Source: Octopus vulgaris
Lineage: Eukaryota
DNA length: 64,000 nucleotides
Assembly (NCBI GenBank): GCA_951406725.2
Contig: OX597820.1
Location: 69,626,001-69,690,000, forward strand
Reading direction: 5' to 3'
This document shows, in pieces, positions 53,493 to 64,000 of the stretch; within the stretch, counting starts at the first letter, position 1, and each line of letters begins with the position of its first letter. A program made the translations under genes and the position numbers. The notes under the pieces are model-generated. The model was given only the letters and a program-made list of their open reading frames with translations, was not told the origin of the DNA and searched no databases.

Positions 53493-53643
53493 AGCAGTGT
53501 AGTTCGCTTGGAGCATTGTATTATTTATATATGAGCACACACACACACACGCATACACACACAGGCATACACACACACACATATAAATATATATATACTC
53601 GTGTGTGTATATGTGTATGTATGTACGTTTGTATGTATGTATG

Positions 53644-53677
<34 letters not shown>

Positions 53678-56002
53678 TGTATGTATGTATGTATGTATGT
53701 ATGTATGTATGTATGTATGTATGTGTGCATGCATGGATTCATTAAATGTAGATTTTTGGATTCGGGCAATGAAGCATGGTAAACATTCGAAATGTATGAT
53801 ATATGGTCTGAAGATAAACTTTCTCTCTTGCAATTGCGTGGTAAGGAACATGATCTGAAATCATGAGCCTTAACTAAATCATTCGGAACATAATTTCGAG
53901 CATTAGAAATGACTTTCTACGTTACTCTACATTAGTTACTATCCAACCTACTGGGGTGTAAAATGACAATTCACCTCAGCAAATTCTAATGATATATTTC
54001 TTGCCTGCAAATTCAATCCCTGGCCAGCTAAGTAGGCACATACCCAATAAAAATATTTCACCATTTCATAATAACTCAAACCCTCATTGCTCCTGAGATC
54101 ATTCTTCCCCATCTGTGGATGCTTCCGCAAATCTTGTTATCCCATCTGTTAGATATGATCGTAAATAACACTAGCATAACCAACGCTCATATCTTAAATA
54201 CCTCATCTAATTCATTCGTAACATATGATGGAGTTGTACAGGCGATGCATACTACTTACAACATATCGTAACATTTAGTTATCATCACTAACTAGAAGAA
54301 ATTTACCCACCACCGTAACACCCACAAGTCGAGAGTCTGGTGAGCAAAATACCCTCTATCGCTGCTTTATATCTCTATTCTTTCCCAAATTGCCTTCTGA
54401 ATCTTCAGGCTGTGCTGAATTTTTTTGATTGTTCAGTGAGTAGTTCATGTATGTATGTGTGTGTCTGAATGTACATGGACATATATGTGAATATACATGT
54501 ACAAATACACTGTTTAGAACCTCGGGCTAAAAGCTTATAAAGGAAACGTGTATGATTATACCATGCAAAATCCAGCCTCATAGCATCTCGGGATACCCGA
54601 AAGGAGAGGGGAGAATACTCTCTTTTTTTCTTGCTACTGACAGTAACAGTTTACAGCTGAGTGAGCAAGTTTTCAGTATATTCTACTAACATATTTAAAA
54701 CTTCAGTTTTTTGTTGTTCTTTTTTTTTATCAACAACGTACTTTTTTTCTCTACGGGAGTTACTTTAATTTCCCGGACCACTTATGGCAGAATAACTATT
54801 AGTCAACTTGATGTCTGCTTTTCTTGTTCATGGTTATGTGGGCCTAATACTTTATATTACATGTAGGAATTTATGTATGCGTGCGTCTGTTAAGGTGTGC
54901 ACAGTGTGCGTGTGTGTGAAGGCGCATCTGCGTGGATGTATGACCGAATAAATGCACCACTAAGTTTAACATAATTTTATTCGTAATGTTTAAGAAATCT
55001 TAACATTAAGTTACGTGGTGGGCTAGTTTCCCTTCTTAGTGACACTTTGGACGGAGAATGTAGTGACTGTGCTGAAACGGACGAGAGATAGAGAGAGAGA
55101 AAGAGACAGAGAGACAGACTGAGAGAAAGTATTATAAATAGTGATAGTTTAGATAAATAGATAGATGGGAAACTGGCTCAGCAGGTTGTTAATCAAATAC
55201 CCATGAGCAAGAAGTTAGATATAGTTAAGGATAAAAGAGAACGAGAAAGTGAAGAGATTGAAAGGTAAAAGATAAAGCTCTGCTCTACAGATGAATAATT
55301 AGACATCTAATATTAAAAAAAATAGAGAAACCGAGCGACTGATAGATGGAGTTAGAGGAAGGTGAGGAGGCAAAATAAGATTAAGAAAGAGAGTGAGAGA
55401 AAATAATCCATATATTATGTCTAGTGGCAAAATTTGATTGAGAGAAAGAAGAGAAATATGTATGTTCACAAGTGTGTGTGTGTGCTTGCGTGTGTTATGC
55501 AGAGGGAGTTAGGAAGGGAAGAAATAATGAATTATTTGGCTTCATTATTTAAGATGTGAATAACAAAGGAAAGTAAGTGCAGATGAAAAGAAACATTATG
55601 TAAAATTAAACACAGAAGAAACAATAATAGAGCAGACTTAAAATAAAATTATTAAGAATGAGTTAAAAGAAATGGAAATAAACCACGTCATTTTCCATGG
55701 GTCCTACCTGTGTAGTAATAACACATTTACAAGTACAATTTGTTTGAATTGATTTACATCTTCATATTTGTCAGTTACAAAGAATTATTCATTTTTTTGT
55801 GGTGTTTTTTTATTGTGTAATATTTACGAAGTTTAGAACTACAAAGCTTCTACTGAAATGCTGAACAGTAAATATAATAAAAACACTATCATAAGAATAA
55901 TATACAAAGAAAAAAAAAGGAATAATATACAAAATTATGCACCAAAATTAGCGCATACAGATATATAAATATAGAAACACTTGCAGAGACAAGTCTCTTT
56001 AA

Positions 56003-56377
56003 TAGGCACAGGAGTGGCTTGCCTACCATCCACATGATCCCAGCTTCAGTCCCACTGTGTGGCACCTTGGGCAAATGTCCTCTACTATAGCCTCGGGCCG
56101 ACCAAAGCCTTGTGAGTTAATTTGGTAGACGGGAAACTGAAAGAAGCTTGTTGTATAATATATATATATATATATATACTTTATTTTAAGCAGCAGAAAA
56201 ATCAACAAAATCTGTTCTATGAGTTTCTCGTTGCCGTTCTAGCAAAAACTGTCTGATGAACGGCAACGAGAAACTCAGAGTAACAGATTTTGTTGATTTT
56301 CTGCTGCTTAAAATATATTACTCTACCACTGGTATTTGAGTACTCTTTTTCCACCTTGTTTCACATTTATGTGTTTA

Positions 56378-56426
<49 letters not shown>

Positions 56427-56575
56427 TCTGTGCCTATGATTGTCCCTCCACCATCGCTTGACAACCGATGCTGGTGTGTTTACGTCTCCGTAACTTAGCG
56501 GTTCAGCAAAAGTAACCAATATAATAAGTACTAGGCTTACAAAGAATTAGTCCTGGGGTCGATATCTTCCGTTAA
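56003..56575 (+). mobile_element. CORE SINE family C carrying a Penelope-like insertion in its internal (TA)n
   Basis: Head and core at 56003-56155, tail at 56420-56575, foreign block at 56178-56380 between TA runs. Confidence 0.9.
56245..56291 (+). ncRNA. Minimal type-I hammerhead ribozyme (Penelope/retrozyme type)
   Basis: AAAACTGT-CTGATGA-ACG(GCAA)CGA-GAAA-CTC-A-GAG-TA^-ACAGATTTT: full catalytic core, GNRA-capped stem II, near-palindromic stem III, GUA cleavage after 56282. Confidence 0.8.
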
Positions 56576-57683
56576 AAATGACTGAAGCAAATACAAGAAG
56601 ATAAATAAATGAAGATTGAATTACATTGTATATTATATCTTGGCTGGGGATGAACGAGCAAAAATCGAGTAAAATACCCTGACAGAGGTAGTCTTGCTAA
56701 ACACGCTCTGAGTTCGATCTCCACTCCCGTATACATACGGGTTGTATGGTTTGGTGAAGCGTTAAGTATTTTCGATCGATTTATTAACATGGTATAAACA
56801 CCAAGCTAATGACTGATCTGATCACCACATGAATCATTGTCGATGCCAGCATCGTCATCGCCGCTCTCATCATCGAGCCTTCGTCATCGCCACCCTCGGT
56901 ATCGCTGCCCTCGTCGTCGTCGTCGTTGTCAGTGCCATGATATTCATGAGCAATAGCAGCGGCATTCAAGGGGAAAGTATTGACCTGTTAAATTAGAAAT
57001 TTCTGTATAATTAAAAATTAATGAAAAAAATAGGTTAATGAGTAAAAGATTATATATATATATATATATATATATATACAAACTGTTTCAGTCAGGACTA
57101 GGTAAATGAATGAAGGAATGAAAGTACATAAATGAGAAAATGAGGTCTAAATTTAGTATTTTCATCATCATCATCATCATCGTCGTCGTCGTTCATCGAC
57201 ATCAACTTCACCATCGCCATCACCGTCGTAATCATCACTGACATCGTCTCGTCATCTCCTTAATCACTGACGATGATTGAAAAGAAAACGATCACCACCG
57301 CCGTCATCATCATCATCATCATGATCATTTATCACCACCACTACTACTACCACCACAATCATCATTAACGACAACAGCAGCAGCAGCAGCAGCAGCAGCC
57401 AGTAGGAGACATTGTCCTGTTGAATTACGAATGACGGGATAAATCTTGGGTTAGGCAAACGAATGAATGAGCGGAAGCAGACAGATGACTAAATGAAGGA
57501 GAAAAAACTGGAGGAAGGAAAAGCTCTACATTTAATAATCATTCTCGTCATTGTCATCATCGTCGTCATCATCATCGTGATCGTCATCGTCATCACCACA
57601 ACCACTACCAACTCCATCATCATCATCGTCGTCGTCATCATCATCATCATCATCATCACCCTAATGATCACCATCATCCATAT

Positions 57684-57884
57684 CAGAGGTCTCCAGAATA
57701 ATCGATATCGACCCCTAGGGGGTCGATGGGATTATTCTAGGGGGTCGATAAATGTTCATGTACTTATTATTATTATTATTATTATTATTTATTTATCTAT
57801 TTTCTTGTACATGCCTGGTGGGGTCGCTGAGGAGCCTTGGACTCCATGAAGGGGTCGATAGTCTAAAAAGCTTCAGGACCCTTG
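57684..57884. mobile_element. hAT/Charlie-like MITE (about 200 bp)
   Basis: Ends CAGAGGTCTCCAGAA and CTTCAGGACCCTTG (imperfect TIR); repeated subterminal GGGGTCG motifs including the palindrome ATCGACCCC-TAG-GGGGTCGAT; TSD imperfect. Confidence 0.6.
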
Positions 57885-58359
57885 ATACCATATCTTCGTC
57901 TTCACGATAGTTACCAACGGAATCGCCGTCGTCGATATCGTGATCATCACCATCATCTTCATCATCATCATCATCACCATCATCATCACCATCACACGAC
58001 GGCCAACAACAACAGCTCCACCACTACAACGTTCAACGCCATCATTAGTTACCATCATCCCTTCACCATCAGATCATCACCATCGTCGTCATCATCATCA
58101 TCGTCGTCGTCGTCATCATCATCAAATAAATGAATTCGATAATATATATATGGAACTAAAATCAAATGAATCCAGAGTCTAATGAATTGTCAAAGTTTAA
58201 CTAATAAAGCTTTAATAGGCTGTCAATAATTAATGAATAATTTCTGGTTCATTTGAGTGGGAAGTGCTCCGTTAGATTTTAATTTCGAAGACCAAAAAAG
58301 AAGGTGAAAATATTATCTACATATTAAAACGCGGCTCATTTTTTTCTACCTAATGATAC

Positions 58360-58700
58360 TGATTTCAAATTTTGGCCCAGTGCCAGCAATTTCGGGCAGG
58401 TGGGGATACATTGACTAAATCTACCCCAGTGCTCAACTGTTATTTTATCGACCCCCGAAAGAATGAAAGGCAAAGTCGACCTTAGTGGAATTTGAACTCA
58501 GCACGTAAAAACGGAATAAATGCTGCTAGACATTTTTAACGGCTTGCTAACGATTCCGTCAACTCACCACGTTTATGTAGTACAGTATATTCGTTTCAAA
58601 TTTTGGAACAACGCCAGCAATTTTGGGGGAGGGGTAAGTCGATTACATCGATCCCTCTACTCAACTGGAGCTTGTTTAATCGATCTCTACAATTTTATCG
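58360..58700 (-). mobile_element. Nin-domain SINE plus an adjacent second tail fragment
   Basis: ATCGACCCCCGAAAGAATGAAAGGCAAAGTCGACC antisense domain. Confidence 0.85.
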
Positions 58701-58707
58701 ATCTCTA

Positions 58708-58901
58708 TAGGCACAGGAGTGGCTGTGTGGTAAGTAGCTTGCTTACTAACCACATGGTTCTAGGTTCAGTCAAAATGTGTGGCACCTTGGGCAAGTGTCT
58801 TCTATTATAGCCTCGGGTCGACTAAATCCTTTAGCTGAAGCTAAAAGAAGCCCGTCGTATATATATAGATATAGATATATATATATATGTGTGTGTGTGT
58901 G

Positions 58902-58941
<40 letters not shown>

Positions 58942-58985
58942 TGTGTCTGTGTGTGTGTCCAAGTAAGCAAGTAAAAAGAATAAAA
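58708..58985 (+). mobile_element. CORE SINE family C, internally deleted
   Basis: Head AGGCACAGGAGTGGCTGTGTGG and core GGCACCTTGGGCAAGTGTCTT. Confidence 0.85.
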
Positions 58986-58992
58986 GAATATA

Positions 58993-59372
58993 TGGAGGTG
59001 CATTTGCCTAGTGGTTAGGGCAGTGGACTCGCAGTCACAGGATCGTGGTTTCGATTCCCATATCAGACGTTGTGGGTGTTTATTGAGCGAAAACACTTAA
59101 AGCTCCACGAAACTCCGGCAGTGGGTAGTGGCGAACCCTGCTGTACTCTTTCCCCACAAATTTCTCTCACTCTTTCCGGGTGTGTTTCGTTGGTTATTTT
59201 ACTTTTTCCGTGTCCTCCCTTCTTTGAACCTTTTCTATATTTCTGATGAAGAGCTCAGCTCGAAAAGTGAGATCCTCTTTCTTTTGTTTCTTTTATTGAG
59301 CGTCCTATAACATTGTACTCATTCCACGTCCTCGTGTTGCTTTTTCTTGCTTGTTCATGATTGGATTGACTA
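58993..59372 (+). mobile_element. SINE head A (58993-59175) joined to a Penelope-like hammerhead element (59175-59372)
   Basis: Head matches the 6901 element; ATTT-CTGATGA-A-GAGC.TCA.GCTC-GAAAAGTG-AGAT at 59239-59273. Confidence 0.7.
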
Positions 59373-59437
59373 TATATATGTATATATATATATATATATA
59401 TTATACATGCACAACACACATTGAAAATAAAATAAAG

Positions 59438-59501
<64 letters not shown>

Positions 59502-59901
59502 AGATGGATGGATATATCAAATGTGTCACTGGGTGTAATTATTTTGTTTGAGTGTATATAATATAATATATTTTTGATAAGTAAAAGAAAAAGAGAACAT
59601 AACGACTTCAAAATAGCAGTTACTGATTATTTCATTAGGTCAATTAGAAAGGAATTTTTAAAGTAAAACATGTCAATATTGTATGTAAATAACATCATAC
59701 GGTGACATACACGCACTCACACACATGCGCCTCAAAATGACACATGTTTCTGTTTATATTTATACATGTTGGTATTTGACCATATATAAGTGTATGCTTT
59801 CTCCCCCTCTCTCTCTGTCTCTCTCTCTATCTATCTCTCTCACCCTCGCTATCTCTCTCTCTCTCCCTCTCTATCTGTCTGTCTATCTATCTATCTATCT
59901 T

Positions 59902-59939
<38 letters not shown>

Positions 59940-59976
59940 CATCTATATTTATGTATGTGTGTGTGAGCGCATGTGT

Positions 59977-60024
<48 letters not shown>

Positions 60025-60055
60025 ATTACACATATATATATACGTGTACATTTGC

Positions 60056-60117
<62 letters not shown>

Positions 60118-60807
60118 GTATATATATATATAGATGTATATATATATACATGTATATTACACACATATATATATACACATGTATATTACATATATATATA
60201 CATACATATATATATGTATACGTACATACATACATATATATACATACATACAAACATATCGAATAAATGCATAAACACGGTGTACAGTGTCTACAACGCT
60301 AATAGAAACAATAATAACCAAAGAAAAATACAAAAGAAAAAACATCAAACAATCCCAATGAAATATAAAATATTATCAAAACGACGTAAGACATGTTTAC
60401 GATAAAACAGAGATTATTCATTCTTGCTGTGGTGCTATTTAAACTATTGCGCTTAGTGGCATGTCTATATTTGACGGAGCCATACATATTCGGAACTGAC
60501 GCCTGGCGCCAAATATTAGGAAGCAGGATACAGATTGCTTGGCAGCCTATGTGATTTTCCTTACAGCCATCCCATTAGATGTCATGATGAATTTATTAAA
60601 ATCAATCATAATTTCTAATTAGCAAGTTAACAACGCGTCTGTTGGAGTAAAATAAAACGTAAGACTACGACTGTGTGAGCGAGTCTGTGGGGAGAGTGCG
60701 TGTTCTTGGGGAATATGTTAGTATTATTATGTCTGTCTCTTCCCCCCTCACTCTTTCAGGATCACTTTCACTCACTCTCTCTCTCTCTGTATATGTATAT
60801 ATATATA

Positions 60808-60868
<61 letters not shown>

Positions 60869-61014
60869 GTGTATGTGTGTGTATGTATTATATATATAGA
60901 AAGAGATATAATTTTTATATGTATTTATATATATACATATATATATACTTATATATACATAAATTCATATATATATATATAATATATATATATATGTGTG
61001 TATATATGTGTGTG

Positions 61015-61050
<36 letters not shown>

Positions 61051-61112
61051 TATATATACATGTATATAAGTATATATGTAGGTGTATATGTGTATATAGT
61101 TATATGTGTGTG

Positions 61113-61161
<49 letters not shown>

Positions 61162-61162
61162 T

Positions 61163-61194
<32 letters not shown>

Positions 61195-61444
61195 ATCTGT
61201 GTCTCCCTCAGTCTAGCCTCTCGTCTCTGCACCTAGCTGTGCTACAGTCAGTCTGTGATATTTTGACTATTTGATGTTCCATGAATTGGGTGGTTTTTTT
61301 TTAACATCTTGGCTGCGAAATTAATTTGATAAATTAAGGAGAGAAATTTGTCAATTGAAGCAATACAGGCGAGTGAGTGAATGTGTGTGCTGTACGTGCA
61401 TGCGTGTTTCTGTGTATATGTAATCGAGAGAGACAGAGAGCAGT

Positions 61445-61462
61445 AGATAAATAGATAGATAA

Positions 61463-61556
<94 letters not shown>

Positions 61557-61680
61557 GGATGGATGGATGGATGGATGGATGGATAGATGGATAGATAGGT
61601 GATTAGACAGATAGATAGAAGGTTAGATAGATAGATAGATTGATAGATAGATATTTAGATAGATAGATGGTTAGATAGAT
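61445..61680. repeat. (GATA)n/(GGAT)n microsatellite
   Basis: Directly visible. Confidence 0.95.
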
Positions 61681-62540
61681 AGGTAAATAGAGAGAGAGAG
61701 AGAGAAGAGATACATAGATAAATGTGTGTGTATGAGTGTGTGTGTATGTGTATACATATACACGCGTATACATATATATATTTGTGTGTGTCTATATATA
61801 TGTACGTATGTATGTATGTATATTTGTATGTATGTATGTATGTATGTATGTATGTATGTATGGGCTTTTTATGTACGTATGTATCTATATACAATCTCTC
61901 CATGGAACCTGTTTGCTGCTGGCATCACCATGGTGTTGCAGCTGCCTGCATAATGGCTATTATGTGTGTTTATATATTATATCCCTCCTAAATCTACAAC
62001 CTCGCTACATTTAATAAACGACGCCCTAAAGTATGTAAACCTACACACATCTCAAATATCTGTTCTACCAATGGTCACCTTGGACTAAACAACATTGATA
62101 ACAACAAAAACAACGACAACAACAGCAACAACAACAACAACCTTATAGATGGTGCAAGGAATTTAAAATGTGATAGAAGATGAGAAAAGTATTCATTTCC
62201 ATGTGTAAACTAAAGCTGGTTTATCTAAAACTTTATCACCCCTGACTCGAGTAATATATACTAGGGAGTAATATATACTAGGGGTGTTGTATTTTAGGGT
62301 GATAACTCAAAGAATTATAGTTGTTCAGCTGTATTAATGTAGTACCAGAACTCTTCCCCATTTCCCTAAATATAATCGCCGTAGATTGCGCCAAACAAGG
62401 AAATCAATGTTTTATTCTACCATGATTCATTTAAAATTAGTCTTATTTTCTAAGGATTCATATACCATGTCATATTCCTGATGAGTTCTTCGGGGAAGTT
62501 TGATGACAGCCATCTGATGCCAAGTATTTACATATAGATG

Positions 62541-62993
62541 TATATATATATATTATACAATCCGTTCTGTCCGTCTCTGTGTGTCTTCTAGGATCTCGGG
62601 CATCCTCCATTCGATTGCGCTCAATTTTGATATGTAGATACCGACGGTATCAGGGCGTGTATAAGCCTTGAAAAAATTACAAAAATCGATTCCAGGTGAG
62701 AATGCAATCGATAAAGCCGTGGGAACGTGCATTTTTACGTCCAAATACATCAGCTGTTGCGATGTACTTACTGGTACTTTAAACTCTTCGCTTGCATATT
62801 TGTGTGAATAAAATCGTTTTTCTTTGGAATAGAAAAAAGTCTATCTTTATTTCTTCTTTTGCTGGTGTCTCAAATTTAGATTAAAACGGTGTTTCTCAAA
62901 GGGGAGGCGTATGAGACGGTCGGACAAGTTTTTGAGAAAATTTGGTTTAAATGTTTGACAACTCAGCACCGTCCATTAGACGGGGAGCGTTTT

Positions 62994-62996
<3 letters not shown>
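62541..62996 (+). mobile_element. Probable non-autonomous Helitron/Helentron-like element
   Basis: Starts in a TATATATA run followed by CTGTCCGT..AATTTTGATATGTAGAT; ends with the GC hairpin CCGTC-CATTA-GACGG about 12 nt from the terminus; no TIR or TSD. Canonical CTRR end decayed. Confidence 0.45.
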
Positions 62997-63053
<57 letters not shown>

Positions 63054-63054
<1 letters not shown>

Positions 63055-63677
63055 GGGGATTGAACAAAATAATGGAAGCACCTAGCATCATAGCATTATA
63101 ATTTTGAAATATCCATTCAACCATCAAAAGCTTGTTTATTTTTATGTTTTTTGATTTGTTATAAGTGTTGCTTAATATGTTTTGCTAAAATTGTTTCTTT
63201 TCAGATATCAGAAAAAGATAATTAAAATTCATTAAAATGACAGATCTATCGAACTTTGAAAGAGGTCAAATTGTTGGTGCTCGTATGACAGGCACTAGCG
63301 TAACGAAAACAGTCGAAATGTTTGGTGTATCAAGAAGTACTGTCTCGAAATTAATTACAGCCTTCGTAACAAAACTCCGGAAATAAACCAAAACTTTCAG
63401 ATAGGGACCGTCGGGCTATTACACGAATTGTTAGAAAGGACCACAAAAGTACAACTTCCAAAATTCCTGCAGAGCTTAATGACCACCTCGAGAACCAAGT
63501 TTCCACAAAAATTGTTCTCCGGGAGCTGCACAAAGCCAGATTTCACGGGAGGGCTGCAATCAGAAAACCACTAGTTTCAAAAGCAAATGTTGTATAGCGT
63601 TTAGAGTGGTAAAAGCCGACAGAATTTGTCACTAGAACAGTGAAAGTATGTTATTTTCTCGGACAAGTCATCCATTG
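63054..63677 (+). mobile_element. Tc1-like element, left TIR and 5' half of a decayed transposase (ATG 63237)
   Basis: MTDLSNFERGQIVGARMTGTSVTKTVEMFGVSRSTVSK..SGNKPKLSDRDRR..GRAAIRKPL..VIFSDKSS; truncated after the first catalytic D. Confidence 0.9.
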
Positions 63678-64000
63678 TATCATAAACGTTCGCGTTCCTC
63701 TTCCATCTTTGCAAAATGGCTTTATAATAATTCACTCAATCGTCATATTAATGTCGATCTTTATATATATAGACTATTAAATCAGAACAAACATCATTAT
63801 AATCACTATCGTCATCAACAAAGGATTTGACATCATTAAAGCGATGAATTCATAGAATCGTAAAAGCGTCGATGTGAATAACTTGCGGTATATGTTTTGG
63901 CTATCAAGGATTTGATTTCAGATCCCACTGTAGTCAGGGCAGTAATTTCATAGGAATCGATAAATAAAGTATCCGTTGCAATACTGCAGTACATATTTAT

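Noticed and set aside
53950-54430. Possible old LINE endonuclease fragment on the minus strand
   Set aside because: No recognisable ordered motifs.
60555-60665. Possible exon between TTCCTTACAG and GTAAGA
   Set aside because: All three frames contain stop codons; no further support.
62478-62500. CTGATGAG-TTCTTCGGGGAA as another hammerhead
   Set aside because: No GAAA after the hairpin and no stem I/III complementarity.

Overview
Eukaryotic, AT-rich, microsatellite-saturated, apparently gene-free 64-kb window (intronic or intergenic). The repeat landscape (huge (TA)n/(CA)n/(GATA)n/(CAT)n tracts, abundant tRNA-headed CORE- and Nin-domain SINEs, R4/RTE/CR1 LINE scraps) suggests a coleoid cephalopod such as Octopus; this is an inference. 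No host protein-coding exon could be supported, and nearly all supplied ORFs are translated microsatellites. Recognisable content: about 25 SINE copies from several modular families; a near-complete irritans-type mariner nested in an apparent spliceosomal intron of an IS630/Tc1-like DD34E transposase gene; further mariner and Tc1 relics; RTE (Rex3/Expander-like), CR1-like and R4/Dong LINE fragments; a Penelope GIY-YIG relic; a hAT-like MITE; and a probable non-autonomous Helitron. The most notable signal is a set of short non-coding elements, mostly sitting in or beside (TA)n runs. They carry minimal type-I hammerhead-ribozyme folds (CUGANGA-stem II-GAAA-palindromic stem III) and Penelope-style inverted or direct terminal duplications. 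One is a near-intact ribozyme (56245-56291), one a 363-bp retrozyme-like unit, and one a tRNA/Pol III-headed SINE ending in a hammerhead tail. All coordinates and alignments were done by eye, so ends of degraded elements are approximate.
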